A stretch of 64,000 nucleotides of DNA, taken from Dehalococcoidia bacterium. GTDB taxonomy: Bacteria; Chloroflexota; Dehalococcoidia; Plut-88900. The DNA lies in the NCBI GenBank assembly GCA_965197645.1, contig OZ240219.1, forward strand, positions 32,001-96,000. The letters are read 5' to 3'. The notes beneath the pieces are model-generated. The model saw only the letters and a list, made by a program, of their open reading frames with translations, did not search any database and was not told the origin of the DNA. Numbering within the stretch: the first letter of the stretch is position 1; every line of letters starts with the position of its first letter. Positions 49,843 to 60,770 of this stretch are shown in pieces. A program made the position numbers and the translations under genes.

Positions 49843-50183
49843 TCTACGAAGGTCTCCACTTCCAGCAGCAACACTGCATCGCCCCACTGGTTTGGATCGT
49901 CGAGACTCCATTCCTCGGAGGAATTATCCGGTCGAAGCCGAACACCCTCGCTACCGCCGTAGACCAGGAGGGCGGTCCCATCGCCGGAGTCTTCGACTAT
50001 TGCGGCGTAGGCCGGAACGGGCCTGTCTTGGGACCAGCCGGTGACCTCGTAGATGTTCTCGGCCCCGTCAGGACCGAGGGCCTTGACGCGGGACACGGGT
50101 CTCGGTTCCTCTCGGGCATCGAACCCCCGCATGAGGGAGTATGGGCAGTTATCGGATGCCTCGACCTCTACGGTGATTATCAT
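49839..50183 (-). CDS. Hypothetical protein
   Basis: 114-aa ORF with ATGA coupling to the racemase start. Confidence 0.7.
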   Translation of the reverse strand: MIITVEVEASDNCPYSLMRGFDAREEPRPVSRVKALGPDGAENIYEVTGWSQDRPVPAYAAIVEDSGDGTALLVYGGSEGVRLRPDNSSEEWSLDDPNQWGDAVLLLEVETFVE

Positions 50184-50326
50184 GAGTACTAGCTCGGCCA
50201 GCTACGGGGAGTCTACCACATGGCCCTTCTTACGACGGACTTGGGTTAGGTCTGTGGTAGCTGTGATACAATTTCACCACGGGTTGATTCAATCGCGCCG
50301 AAGGGTGCTGGCTCGGAGGGTAAAGG

Positions 50327-50674
50327 ATGCCGATCTACGAGTTTCGCTGTCTCAACTGCTCCAACATTACCGGCGTATTCAAGAGGGAATACGTGGTGCC
50401 GGACAGTGCCCAGTGCGAGCACTGCGGCAGCAACGATACGGTAAAAGCCGTATCGCTGACCAACCACAAGGTGGCCTTCAAGTCCAAGTACAGCGAGGAC
50501 TTCATGGAAAAGTCGTTGCCGTTCCTGAAGAGCCGGAAAGAGCTCAAGGGCGAATTCAACAAGAACCCGCGGGAATCGGATGAAGCGAAAGCGTTCAGGA
50601 TCAACGAGAAGATCGGCGAGCAGATGGACCGGGTGATCACCAAGCAGCTTGACGATATGGGGAAGGGAAAGTAG
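50327..50674 (+). CDS. FmdB family zinc-ribbon protein
   Basis: MPIYEFRCLNC..CEHCGS. Confidence 0.88.
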   Translation: MPIYEFRCLNCSNITGVFKREYVVPDSAQCEHCGSNDTVKAVSLTNHKVAFKSKYSEDFMEKSLPFLKSRKELKGEFNKNPRESDEAKAFRINEKIGEQMDRVITKQLDDMGKGK

Positions 50675-50771
50675 GCACGGCCTTCACTGGTCCCACCCAA
50701 TAAAGCCAGCCCTTCCCTGTAACTAACGTTCCCCCTCCCAACCCCTTCGCGTTCCAGATTTCGTAGCCGCC

Positions 50772-51479
50772 TTATGCCTTCCTGCTCAGCTCTCGGAGGA
50801 TGGGTATCTCCTCCAGCTTGTCGCCGATCTGGTCCCAGTAGATGCCCTCGGGTCGCGGGTAGGCGGCGTCGCTGGCTATCAGCAGATCGGGGGTGGCGAT
50901 GTAGTCCAGCACGACGTCATGGGAGGTCATCGCGATCTCATTATCCACTATCTGGATGGGATGAACGGTGGTCACCACCGGTGTTTCGACGGAGATCAGG
51001 CCCAAGCTTGCAACCAGTGCGTACTCAAGATCGGAGTAGCCACCGCCCTTGCCCAGCCGAGCCCCATCGGCCTGGACGGCGACTGAACCGCACACGATCA
51101 GATCTATAGCACGCATCTCGTCGGGACGGACAGGCCTGCCCACCTTGAAGGCCCCTTTGATGGAGCTGGCCGCGTTGTGATCTTCTATCCGGTCAGGGTC
51201 CAGCTCCAGGAAGCACTTTTCTGACGTGAGCCGGGGAACGGCCATGTAGACGGTCTTGCCCTCTTGCAGGGCCCGTTTGCGCAGGGGTCTTTGTGGGAGG
51301 TCTGGATTGCTCTTGATCGTCTCGGCCTGTTTCCAGACGTCGGTCTCGAAGACCTTTTCGGCGGCTAGGCCGGCGCCCACGAAGTTGGGAATGCGGCCCC
51401 TGGCGCCGGGGAAGGCGGCTACCTTAGCATCGATCATGGCCTGCCAGATGCGGTCTCGAATCTCTTGTTTGGAGCTCAT
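50772..51479 (-). CDS. 5-formyltetrahydrofolate cyclo-ligase-like (MTHFSD type)
   Basis: RIPNFVGA, NPDLPQ, RLGKGGGYSDLE, HDVVLDYIATP. Confidence 0.9.
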   Translation of the reverse strand: MSSKQEIRDRIWQAMIDAKVAAFPGARGRIPNFVGAGLAAEKVFETDVWKQAETIKSNPDLPQRPLRKRALQEGKTVYMAVPRLTSEKCFLELDPDRIEDHNAASSIKGAFKVGRPVRPDEMRAIDLIVCGSVAVQADGARLGKGGGYSDLEYALVASLGLISVETPVVTTVHPIQIVDNEIAMTSHDVVLDYIATPDLLIASDAAYPRPEGIYWDQIGDKLEEIPILRELSRKA

Positions 51480-51614
51480 GGTTGAGAAGAGATTATAGTG
51501 GAGCAGCAGGTTAGAAAGTAACCGGTACCGGATAGAAGAACCGGGAGTAAGAGACGCTTCGTATTTTTTCGGTCAGGTGTTCTACATCGGTCTCGATTAT
51601 GCTAGAATAGCCCC

Positions 51615-54600
51615 ATGTCTCTAGAGCTTTTTCATCCGGTGGTGCAGGCCTGGTTTAGGAAGAAGTTCCGGCGTCCAACCGAGGCACAAGCCCAAGGTTG
51701 GCCCTCCATCGCAAAGGGCAGGCACACCCTGATCTCCGCCCCAACCGGGTCGGGTAAGACCCTCGCCGCTTTTTTGAAGTGCATCGACGATCTGTTTCAG
51801 AAGGGACTGCGGGAAGACGGGCTGCCCGACTCCACCCAGGTGGTCTACGTATCGCCGCTGAAGGCCCTCTCCAACGACATCGAGCGGAACCTGGCGCAGC
51901 CGCTGGCGGAGATAGCGGAGCTGGCCGGAGAGATGGGCGTGGAGCTGCCGGAGATACGGGTAGCCGTCCGAACGGGAGACACGCCGGCCAAGGACCGTCA
52001 GGCCATGGCCAAACGACCTCCCCACATTCTCATAACCACTCCCGAGTCGCTGTACCTGCTGTTGACCTCCAAGAGCGGTCGGAACGGATTGCGGGGCGCC
52101 AGGAGACTGATCCTGGACGAAATCCACGCCATCGCCGACGATAAGCGAGGCTCCCACCTCAGCATATCGGCGGAGCGGCTGTGCTCGCTGGCGGAGGGAC
52201 CGATAACCAGGATCGGTCTGTCGGCAACACAGCGTCCCATCGAGGAGGTGGCCCGGTTCCTGGTGGGGACATCGAACATCGATAAAAGCGGGAACCCTGA
52301 CTGCTCGATAGTGGACGCGGGCCACGCTCGAAACATCGACCTCGCCATCGAGATGCCGCAACAGGACGAGCTGGGGCCCATCGCAACCCACGAGCTGTGG
52401 GCGGAGACCTTGGACAGGATAGCGGAGCTGGTGAAGGCCCACCGCACCACCCTGCTGTTCGTGAACACCCGCCGGTTGGCGGAGAGGGTGGCGCACCAGC
52501 TATCGGAGAGAATGGGCGAGGAGGCGGTGGCCGCTCATCACGGAAGCCTTTCCCGAGAGACCCGGCTCAAGGCGGAGCAGAACCTGAAAGCCGGGCGCGT
52601 CAAGGTGTGCGTGGCCACGGCATCGCTGGAGCTGGGGATCGACGTAGGAAACGTGGACCTGGTGTGCCAGATCGGGTCGCCCAGGTCCATTGGGCTGCTG
52701 CTGCAGAGGGTGGGCAGATCGGGACACTCGCTGGGCAGGACTCCCAAGGGCCGGCTTTTCCCGCTGACCCGGGACGAGCTGGTGGAATGCACGTCGCTGA
52801 TGCGGGCCGTGCGCCGGAACAACCTGGACACGCTGGGCATCCCCTCGTGGCCGCTGGACGTGCTGGCCCAGCAGATAGTGGCGGCATGCTCCAGCGAGGA
52901 GTGGGATGAAGACGATCTGTTCTGCCTAGTACGAGGAGCCTATCCGTATCGAGAGCTGACCCGGCAGAAGTTCGACCAGGTGGTCGAGATGCTCTCCAAG
53001 GGAGTCGCGCCAAGGGGAGGGCGGTCCGGCGCGTACCTGCATCGAGACGGGGTGAACGGCAAGCTCCGGGGACGGCGAGGCGCCCGTCTCGCAGCCCTAA
53101 CCAGCGGTGGAGCGATACCGGACAACACCGACTACGATGTCATCGCCGACCCGGAGGCGGTGTTCGTGGGAACGGTCAACGAGGACTTCGCCATCGAGAG
53201 CATGGCCGGAGACGTGTTCTTGCTGGGCAACACTCCGTGGAAGATTCGGCGGGTGGAGAGCGGCCGGGTGCGGGTCGAGGACGCCTCCGGGAATGCGCCC
53301 ACCATACCCTTCTGGCTTGGTGAAGCGCCGGGCAGGACTCGGGAGCTGGCTGATGAGATATCGGACCTGCGGTTCGAGCTGGACCAGAGGTTGGACCGGC
53401 CCGAGGAGGCCAAGGAGTGGCTCGTGGAGGCCACGGGCGTAGTGGAGCTGGCAGCCCGGCAGGTGGTCGACTATTTGATCGAAGGGAAGCGGGTGCTGGG
53501 AACTGTGCCCACGGCGCGCAAGATCATAGCGGAGCGGTTCTTCGACGAGAGCGGCGGCACGCAGGTGGTGATTCACTCGCCCCTTGGTGCCCGTGTAAAC
53601 CGGGCCTGGGGCATGGCGCTGCGGAAGCAGATCTGCCGTAGCACGGACTTCGAGCTTCAGGCTGCGGCCACCGACGACGGGATAAACTTCTCCCTGGGCC
53701 CAACACTGTCATTCCCATTGAACGAGGTGTTTCGGCTTCTATCCTCGAAAACGGCGGAGCGTACACTGACCCAGGCGGCTCTGCCTGCGCCTCTTTTCCA
53801 GACCAGGTGGCGCTGGAACTCGACCAGGGCGCTGGCGATACTCAGGCACAATGGCGGGCGCAAGGTGCCGCCCCCGCTGCAGCGGATGCGCGCGGATGAC
53901 CTGCTGGCGGCGGTGTTTCCCGCCCAGGTCGCCTGCCAGGACAACATGCCTCGCGGGGACATCGAGATACCGGACCACCCCCTGGTCTTCGAGACCGTGC
54001 GAGACTGCCTGACCGAGGCAATGGACTTGGAGGGTTTGAAGGAGGTGCTGCAGGGGATAGAGAACGGCGAGATCGAGGTGTACGCCCGGGACACGCCCCA
54101 GCCCTCAGTGTTCAGCCATCAGCTGCTCAACGCCATGCCCTACGCCTTTCTGGACGATGCACCGCTGGAGGAACGGCGCTCCCGGGCGGTGACCCTACGA
54201 CGAGCACTGCCCGAGAACTCGCAAGACCTGGGCTCTCTGGACGTGGAGGCTATCGATGCGGCGGCAAACGACGCCTGGCCGACGATCAGGAACGCGGACG
54301 AACTTCACGATGCCCTGCTGACGCTGGGCCTGATGAACGCTCAGGATATCCAAACTCCCAGGGGGGATGCGACCGGCGAAATGCTGTCCGGCTGGTTCGA
54401 GGAGCTGATGAAGCAAGGTAGGGTGTCCAGCGTAATCAGAGAGGGCCGGGACAACGCCTGGACCGCCACCGAGTCCGCGGCCACCATCGTATCGGCGTTT
54501 CCCAATGCCCGGCTGGAGCCGGAGCCACCTCGACGGTTCCTCGATGGCCTGGAAGCGGCCCAAGAGGACGCTGTGCTGGGCCTCGTGAGGGGACGGGTCG

Positions 54601-55925
54601 AGTGCTCGGGGCCGTTCACCGACGGAGAGATGGCGCATGCCCTGGGCCTCCCCATGGGCGCGGTGACGATAGCACTAGCCAATCTGGAAAACGATGGTCT
54701 CTTGCTCAGGGGCTCATTCAGACCGGGAGCGGAGACGGAAGAGTACTGCGACCGACGGATTCTCGCTAGGATTCACCGGGCGACTATATCTCGACTGAGA
54801 CGTGAGATAGAGCCGGTGTCGGCGGCCGCATTCACACGGTTCCTGATACGATGGCAGCACGTCGAACCTTCTTCCAAGCTGCGCGGAGAGGCGGGCCTGC
54901 TGGAGGCGATAGAGGGCCTTCAGGGGTTCGAGGCAGCGGCCGGGGCATGGGAACAGCACCTGCTGAGGGCCCGGCTGACGGACTACAATCCCGCCTACAT
55001 GGACAACCTTTGCTTTGGCGGAGAGGTCGTGTGGGGGAGGATGGCCCATCGAAAGCCATCGCCGGAGCCTGCGGTCAGCAAATCAAGCCTGTCGAAGAGC
55101 GGGCCGGTGACCCTGGGGCTTCGAAAGGACTTGGACTGGCTCCTGGACGGCGACGCCATAGAGGACGAGAAGCTATCGGGGACCGCCCGGGACGTGCTTA
55201 AGGTCCTGGCCAACCGCGGCGCATCCTTCGTTCCGGACATAGTGAGAGAGTCGAAAAGGCTGCCGTCGGAGGTGGAGGACGCGCTGTGGCAGCTGGTGGC
55301 CGTGGGCAGAGCGACCGCGGACGGGTTCACGCCGCTGAGGAGACTGGCCACCGGTACGCCGGCCGCCATAAAGAGGAACGGCCGCATGAGAAGACGGGCC
55401 CGCAACCGGAGGTCCACCACCCGGTGGTCCCTGCTGCATGTTGAAGGCCGGGCCGAGGACATGATGGAGAAAAGGGCCTTCCAGTTCCTCCACAGGTACG
55501 GCGTGGTCATGCCGGAGCTGCTTGCCAGGGAATCGATGGCGCCGCCGTGGCGAGAGCTGGTGCGCATATACCGCCGAGCCGAGGCTAGAGGCGAGATAAG
55601 AGGTGGACGGTTCGTGGCGGGATTCGTAGGGGAGCAGTTCGCCCTGCCCGAGGCTGTGGAGACTCTGCGGGCCATGAGGAAGACCGATCCCAAGGGCGAG
55701 CTGATCACCATCTCCGCCTGCGACCCGTTGAACGTGGTCGGGATTCTAACGCCCGGAAGCAGGGTGCCGGCGGTGGTGGGAAACTCGATAGTGTACCGGG
55801 ACGGGGTACCTATCTGCTCGATGGAGGGTGGCGAGCTGGTGGAGCGGTCCGCCCTGGATGAGACCGCCAGGGAGTCGCTCCGGTTTCTGAAACGAGGCCC
55901 CGCGGCGGTCGCTCGGTCCCGCTAG
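51615..55925 (+). CDS. lhr: Lhr-family DEAD/DEAH helicase with C-terminal winged-helix extension
   Basis: APTGSGKT, SPLKALSNDI, TTPESLY, DEIH, SAT, QRVGRSGH, EIRGGRFVAG. Confidence 0.93.
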   Translation: MSLELFHPVVQAWFRKKFRRPTEAQAQGWPSIAKGRHTLISAPTGSGKTLAAFLKCIDDLFQKGLREDGLPDSTQVVYVSPLKALSNDIERNLAQPLAEIAELAGEMGVELPEIRVAVRTGDTPAKDRQAMAKRPPHILITTPESLYLLLTSKSGRNGLRGARRLILDEIHAIADDKRGSHLSISAERLCSLAEGPITRIGLSATQRPIEEVARFLVGTSNIDKSGNPDCSIVDAGHARNIDLAIEMPQQDELGPIATHELWAETLDRIAELVKAHRTTLLFVNTRRLAERVAHQLSERMGEEAVAAHHGSLSRETRLKAEQNLKAGRVKVCVATASLELGIDVGNVDLVCQIGSPRSIGLLLQRVGRSGHSLGRTPKGRLFPLTRDELVECTSLMRAVRRNNLDTLGIPSWPLDVLAQQIVAACSSEEWDEDDLFCLVRGAYPYRELTRQKFDQVVEMLSKGVAPRGGRSGAYLHRDGVNGKLRGRRGARLAALTSGGAIPDNTDYDVIADPEAVFVGTVNEDFAIESMAGDVFLLGNTPWKIRRVESGRVRVEDASGNAPTIPFWLGEAPGRTRELADEISDLRFELDQRLDRPEEAKEWLVEATGVVELAARQVVDYLIEGKRVLGTVPTARKIIAERFFDESGGTQVVIHSPLGARVNRAWGMALRKQICRSTDFELQAAATDDGINFSLGPTLSFPLNEVFRLLSSKTAERTLTQAALPAPLFQTRWRWNSTRALAILRHNGGRKVPPPLQRMRADDLLAAVFPAQVACQDNMPRGDIEIPDHPLVFETVRDCLTEAMDLEGLKEVLQGIENGEIEVYARDTPQPSVFSHQLLNAMPYAFLDDAPLEERRSRAVTLRRALPENSQDLGSLDVEAIDAAANDAWPTIRNADELHDALLTLGLMNAQDIQTPRGDATGEMLSGWFEELMKQGRVSSVIREGRDNAWTATESAATIVSAFPNARLEPEPPRRFLDGLEAAQEDAVLGLVRGRVECSGPFTDGEMAHALGLPMGAVTIALANLENDGLLLRGSFRPGAETEEYCDRRILARIHRATISRLRREIEPVSAAAFTRFLIRWQHVEPSSKLRGEAGLLEAIEGLQGFEAAAGAWEQHLLRARLTDYNPAYMDNLCFGGEVVWGRMAHRKPSPEPAVSKSSLSKSGPVTLGLRKDLDWLLDGDAIEDEKLSGTARDVLKVLANRGASFVPDIVRESKRLPSEVEDALWQLVAVGRATADGFTPLRRLATGTPAAIKRNGRMRRRARNRRSTTRWSLLHVEGRAEDMMEKRAFQFLHRYGVVMPELLARESMAPPWRELVRIYRRAEARGEIRGGRFVAGFVGEQFALPEAVETLRAMRKTDPKGELITISACDPLNVVGILTPGSRVPAVVGNSIVYRDGVPICSMEGGELVERSALDETARESLRFLKRGPAAVARSR

Positions 55926-56054
55926 GCCCTGGCAGGATTGCCTCGACCTGACTTCTTCGGGTATCGCCGTGACGAGGCCGTCGTTGCAAGCGACCGGGGA
56001 GTTGGTCCCGAGAGGGGTCGAAGGGAGCGAAGCGGTCCTGGGCGGGACAGGTCG

Positions 56055-56762
56055 CTACTCCACGCGGAGGACCGGGGCTTCCTTCCCTTCACCGAGCTGG
56101 TAGACCGCCGAGTACATGTTCCACCACATGTTCCTGCCCTCGAGGGCGGCGCGGCGTATGCTCCGGCGCTGGTCTTCGGAGGTGGAGTGTTGCTTCACGG
56201 TGTTCCATCCGGTCTCGGCGTGGGCCTCGTCCGCGCCGACGTGTACCGAGAAATAGGCCGCCTCGGCGGCGTCGTAACCGTAGTGACGCTTGAGACCCTC
56301 GGTCACGCCATCGCAGAACTCGGTGAACATATCCTCGATACCCAAGGATACGAAGCTCAGGGCCTCCTGCCACTTGCCGCGTACGGCGTACGCGGAAACG
56401 GTGTCGGGGTAGACTTTGGTCTCGGGTAGCATGGGACGGGAATCGATTTCATCCTCGGAGTAGCCAGCCGCCGCTCCGGACTTCAGCGCCAGCTCCCAGT
56501 GAGAGGGCACCTCCGGGGTGCCGGAGAGCTCGCCAAAGAGGTTCTCGGCAAGCTCCTTCTTTATGTCCCGGGGGGCCTGGGGGATGATGAGGGATAGACA
56601 GGAGATCCCTTCGAGAACGGTGAATTTAAGCTGGGCACATAGCTCCGCAATGGTATTGCGGTTAACCTGGCCGGCGATGAGGCCCCGATAGAGGGGATGG
56701 TTGACCACCGACTGGCTTTGAATCTCTTCCCGAAGATCGTCCCAAAAGCCGTTCTGTTCCAT
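56055..56762 (-). CDS. Heme-oxygenase-like diiron protein (PqqC/CADD/TenA superfamily)
   Basis: HPLY, ENLFGE..SH, IE, YFSVHVGADEAH. Confidence 0.85.
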   Translation of the reverse strand: MEQNGFWDDLREEIQSQSVVNHPLYRGLIAGQVNRNTIAELCAQLKFTVLEGISCLSLIIPQAPRDIKKELAENLFGELSGTPEVPSHWELALKSGAAAGYSEDEIDSRPMLPETKVYPDTVSAYAVRGKWQEALSFVSLGIEDMFTEFCDGVTEGLKRHYGYDAAEAAYFSVHVGADEAHAETGWNTVKQHSTSEDQRRSIRRAALEGRNMWWNMYSAVYQLGEGKEAPVLRVE

Positions 56763-56857
56763 CGTCTATCCACCTCCGTGATATCCGAAATAGCGCCTCT
56801 GTTACCAGGTCATGTTAATACGAGTAAAGGAGGGCGGCAAGACCGGGGTCGACATCG

Positions 56858-58114
56858 TCAGGCGGCCGGCGCCGTCTGGGGTTTGGGCACCCGCAGGGCC
56901 GCAAGGAGTAGGGCGGTAGCCACCACCACAGCTCCGGCGAACAGGAAGGTGGCCTTGACACCGTAGGCATCCGCCAAGATGCCACCTATCACGGGCCCTA
57001 TGGCGCCCACGGCGAAGGAGCTGGAGTAGGTGAGGGCTATCGTCGTCCCGTGTACCGTGTGGGTGGTAAGGTCCATGGACGTGGCCACGAATATGGAGTG
57101 GAGGGAGAAAATGAATGCACCTATGGCGGCGACGACCAGGGTCAGCTGCCATCCGGGATCGGCGAAGACCAGCGCTGTACACAGAAGGCCGAAGGCCACC
57201 ATGCTCGGGACCAGTATCGTCTTGCGGCTGAACCTATCCGACAGGAGTCCCATCAACGGCTGCGTAAATATGCCCGCCAGCTGCAAGAGGGACGCGTACA
57301 GTCCGACGATGAAGGTGGTGTACTCCAGGTCTTCTCGGAGGTAGATGGGTATGAATATGGCGACGGTGTGGTGGCTGAGGCTCCGGGTCCCGGACAACGT
57401 GAGAACCGCCAGCAGGGTCCTGTTTCGGAAGAGTTGCTTGGTAGCGGCAATGTAGTTGCCGACATTGGAGACGGCCCGTTCCACCTTCATGCCCCTGATC
57501 ATGATCCAGGTCAGCACGGCAGCCACGACGATGGGAATCATGCTTAGCTGGAACAGACGCTCCCAGGAGAGGACCAGCAGCAGAGCGCCGGCAATCAACG
57601 GCCCCGTAACTTCGCCGACGTTGCCGCCCGAACCATGCATCGATAGGGCGAACCCTCTGCGGCTCGGGAACAGGCTGGACATGGAGGCGATGGCCGATGG
57701 ATGCCACATGGAGGTGCCGATTCCCGCCAGGACCAGGGTTATCATTATGATCCAGTAGTTGGGGAAGCTGCCGGCTAGGAGATACCCGGCTCCGATCAGT
57801 ATCAGCGCTACGGTGAGGATCTGGGCCCGGTAGTTACTGTATCTATCGGCGACGAAACCGGCCGGAATGTTGACGGCCCCGCCGAGAATGCTTTCAACGG
57901 TGAAGAGGGCCCCAACGGCGGTGTTGCTGAGGCCCAGGCCGGCCTTGATCTCCGGCAGTACGACGGTGAGGGCCGAGTGGTAAAGGTGCTTTAGCCCGTG
58001 GCCCGACACCAGGGTGGACGCAACGACCATTCTGCCGGGCACGATGTTGTCTGGAGGCTTCTCCCTTAACCCGGCCGAGGTTGGGGGAACGGCGCCCTCT
58101 TCAGTGCTGTCCAT
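56858..58114 (-). CDS. MFS transporter (Fsr-like)
   Basis: GFVADRY, SMWHPSA, GLLSDRFSRK; 12 TM. Confidence 0.9.
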   Translation of the reverse strand: MDSTEEGAVPPTSAGLREKPPDNIVPGRMVVASTLVSGHGLKHLYHSALTVVLPEIKAGLGLSNTAVGALFTVESILGGAVNIPAGFVADRYSNYRAQILTVALILIGAGYLLAGSFPNYWIIMITLVLAGIGTSMWHPSAIASMSSLFPSRRGFALSMHGSGGNVGEVTGPLIAGALLLVLSWERLFQLSMIPIVVAAVLTWIMIRGMKVERAVSNVGNYIAATKQLFRNRTLLAVLTLSGTRSLSHHTVAIFIPIYLREDLEYTTFIVGLYASLLQLAGIFTQPLMGLLSDRFSRKTILVPSMVAFGLLCTALVFADPGWQLTLVVAAIGAFIFSLHSIFVATSMDLTTHTVHGTTIALTYSSSFAVGAIGPVIGGILADAYGVKATFLFAGAVVVATALLLAALRVPKPQTAPAA

Positions 58115-58216
58115 CTAGCTTGTGCGATCCGATCCGGCGGTGGGAAGCTGCCTGTGTGCGAGTAACGGGGCACGCGGTGGTTACTCTAGCACCGGACGTG
58201 GGGATGTACAAGTAAA

Positions 58217-59285
58217 TGTACTTGTTCGGTAGATCAGTGACACATGAGGCCTTTGTTTGACTTGTATTGATGATGGAGGAACTGAAGGGGAGTGAGGTAG
58301 CCGAGGGACTGGTGAGGGCGTACGGTATTGTAGACCTCCTCCCAGTTCCGAAGGGCCTGGTTGAGAGGGCCCATATCCAGGTCGCCGTCGTAGACCTCAT
58401 AGAACTCCTCCGTGTGGGTGCGCTGGGCCATTTCCACATGGCCGTTAAGCTTGGGAGAGCGGGGAGGAAGTACGAAGAGACGTATCCCCAGCTCCTTGCA
58501 GGCATCTTCGAACTGAGCACAGAACTCACTCCCTCCATCCACCTGTATGGCGCTGACCTTGAAGGGCATCCTATCAATCAACTGATCGAGGAACGAGGTG
58601 GCCGTCACGGCGGTGGCCCGGGTGTACACCCCTACCACATCCCACCGGCTGCTCAGGTCCCTGGCGGTGAAGTGCTTTAGTATCACCCCAGGCAGAGGCC
58701 TCAGGTCCAGGGTGTCCACTTCTACCAGGTCCCCCGGCTCTGCCACCTGATACCCTTTAGGCTTACGCACCGCATAGGGGCGTCGGCGCATCCTCTTGCG
58801 AGCCGATACTCCATTGACTGGCAGCTCCCTCAGCTCTCCCCGGTCCTTCAACGCCTTCAGTATCCGTCCCACCATGGAAGTGGACACTCTCCATCCCTTT
58901 TCCCTCAACAGCACAACCAGCTTGTCCTTACCCCACCTCGGCCTTTCCTCCCTCATCTCCAGCACCGCCTGGGCCAGCTCCCTGCTCCACGTGGGCTGTC
59001 TCACTCTCCGGGGCCGGTGAGACCTCTCTTCCAGGCTTTCCAGCCGCCTCGGATCATACCTGCCCTTCCACTTGTAGAAGGTCTGCCGGCTTATCCCATA
59101 GTAACGACAGGTCAGCGATGCATTCAGACCGTGCCCTTTGTAATGGTCGAACCATGCCAACCTCCTCTTCCCCTCCCTGGACAACTCCCTGTACTTACCT
59201 AATGCTTTCGCTCTGCTTACTGTACCGTTTACTATCCTCATCATGACACCATTCTAGGTGTCACTCATCTTTCTGAACGAGATCA
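58217..59285 (-). mobile_element. IS481-family insertion sequence
   Basis: Imperfect terminal IRs TGTACTTGTTCGGTAGATCAGTGACAC and (rc) TGATCTCGTTCAGAAAGATGAGTGACAC around the transposase; ends approximate. Confidence 0.75.
58234..59244 (-). CDS. IS481-family DDE transposase
   Basis: HTH GISRQTFYKW; VEVDT, IQVDGGSEF, NGHVE; RPHQSLGYLTP. Confidence 0.93.
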   Translation of the reverse strand: MMRIVNGTVSRAKALGKYRELSREGKRRLAWFDHYKGHGLNASLTCRYYGISRQTFYKWKGRYDPRRLESLEERSHRPRRVRQPTWSRELAQAVLEMREERPRWGKDKLVVLLREKGWRVSTSMVGRILKALKDRGELRELPVNGVSARKRMRRRPYAVRKPKGYQVAEPGDLVEVDTLDLRPLPGVILKHFTARDLSSRWDVVGVYTRATAVTATSFLDQLIDRMPFKVSAIQVDGGSEFCAQFEDACKELGIRLFVLPPRSPKLNGHVEMAQRTHTEEFYEVYDGDLDMGPLNQALRNWEEVYNTVRPHQSLGYLTPLQFLHHQYKSNKGLMCH

Positions 59286-59399
59286 GCAAAAGGGGCCCTG
59301 CGAACTTCCCATCAGAAGAAAGGCCGGGCGGCCGGAGGTGTATGCTACAATTTTAGCCAGGAAAGACCGGCTCAATGCCAGACGGGAAAGACCCGAATT

Positions 59400-60764
59400 A
59401 TGACCCAGAGCGATTACCGCAGCCTACCTAGCGTGGACGCGGTCCTGTCCCACCCAACCACCCGGGAGCTGGTGAAGACCTATTCGCACCAGGCATTGGC
59501 AGACCTGGCCCGCGACCAGTTGACCGACGCTCGAAAGGCGATAGGGGCAGGAGGAACGTGTCCTTCTCTGGAGACCGTGGTGGACACCATATACAACAAG
59601 GCCGTTGAACGGTGGCAGCTTAGACCCTCGAAGGTGATCAACGCCACCGGGGTGATCATCCACACCAACATGGGCCGAGCACCGCTCAGCGTCGAGGCCT
59701 GCCGGGCAATGCAGCTAGCGGCGGAAGGCTATTCCGACCTGGAGCTGGACATGAGGTCCGGGGAGCGTGGCTCCCGGTCCGGGACGATAGAGACGATGGT
59801 CTGCCAGCTGACCGGAGCAGAGGCGGCCCTGCCCGTCAACAACAACGCCTCGGCGCTGCTTCTAACCCTTAACGAGATGGCACAGAACAGAGATGTTGTG
59901 GTGAGCCGGGGGGAGGCGGTGGAGATCGGAGGTGGGTTCCGCATCCCGGACGTGTTGAAGGCCAGTGGAGCGGACCTGGTGGAGGTGGGCACCACCAATC
60001 GCACCTACGTCTCAGACTATGAAAACGCCATCTCCGACAGGACCGCCGCGTTTCTGAGCGTCCACACCAGTAATTTCAAGGTCGTGGGGTTCACCGAGAG
60101 TCCGAGCCTGGGCGAACTCGTAGAGCTTGGGGAGCGCCACGGAGTTCCCGTGCTGCACGACGTCGGTAGCGGGTGTCTGCTGGACACGACACGGTTCGGA
60201 CTGTCGCCGGAACCCACGCCTCAGCAAGGGATCGACGCCGGAGTGGACCTGGTGCTGTTCTCGACGGACAAACTGCTGGGCGGACCCCAGGCGGGGATAG
60301 TCGCGGGCAAGAAGAAGCTGGTCGACAGGATCAGGAAACACCCGATAGCCCGAGCCGTAAGGTGCGACAAGCTTACCCTGGCATCGTTGAGCGCCACGTT
60401 GCTGCATTATGTCAGGGAAGAGGCCTTGGAGAAGGTGCCGGTCTGGATGATGATATCGATGCCGCTGGAGGAGATAGAAGCCAGGGCCGGGAAGTGGGCG
60501 GAGGGGATCGAAGGAGCAAGGGTGGTCGAGGGATTCTCTACCATCGGAGGAGGGAGCCTTCCCGGTGACACACTGCCAACCAAAGTGGTTGCCGTCACAC
60601 CTAAGAGAGGCCACGCGGTGAATGAGCTGGCCAAGAAGCTGCGCACCGGTGAAACGCCGGTCATGGGCCGGATAGAGGACGACCTACTGCTGCTGGACCC
60701 TCGCACTGTCATGCCCGATGAGGACGAGGCCCTGTCGCGGGTTCTCGGGCAGGCCCTCGCTTAA
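59400..60764 (+). CDS. selA: L-seryl-tRNA(Sec) selenium transferase
   Basis: VINATGVIIHTNMGRAP, VNNNA, EIGGGFRIPDV, EVGTTNRT, DKLLGGPQAG; TGCTACAAT extended -10 at ~59343. Confidence 0.96.
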   Translation: MTQSDYRSLPSVDAVLSHPTTRELVKTYSHQALADLARDQLTDARKAIGAGGTCPSLETVVDTIYNKAVERWQLRPSKVINATGVIIHTNMGRAPLSVEACRAMQLAAEGYSDLELDMRSGERGSRSGTIETMVCQLTGAEAALPVNNNASALLLTLNEMAQNRDVVVSRGEAVEIGGGFRIPDVLKASGADLVEVGTTNRTYVSDYENAISDRTAAFLSVHTSNFKVVGFTESPSLGELVELGERHGVPVLHDVGSGCLLDTTRFGLSPEPTPQQGIDAGVDLVLFSTDKLLGGPQAGIVAGKKKLVDRIRKHPIARAVRCDKLTLASLSATLLHYVREEALEKVPVWMMISMPLEEIEARAGKWAEGIEGARVVEGFSTIGGGSLPGDTLPTKVVAVTPKRGHAVNELAKKLRTGETPVMGRIEDDLLLLDPRTVMPDEDEALSRVLGQALA

Positions 60765-60770
60765 GGTAGT

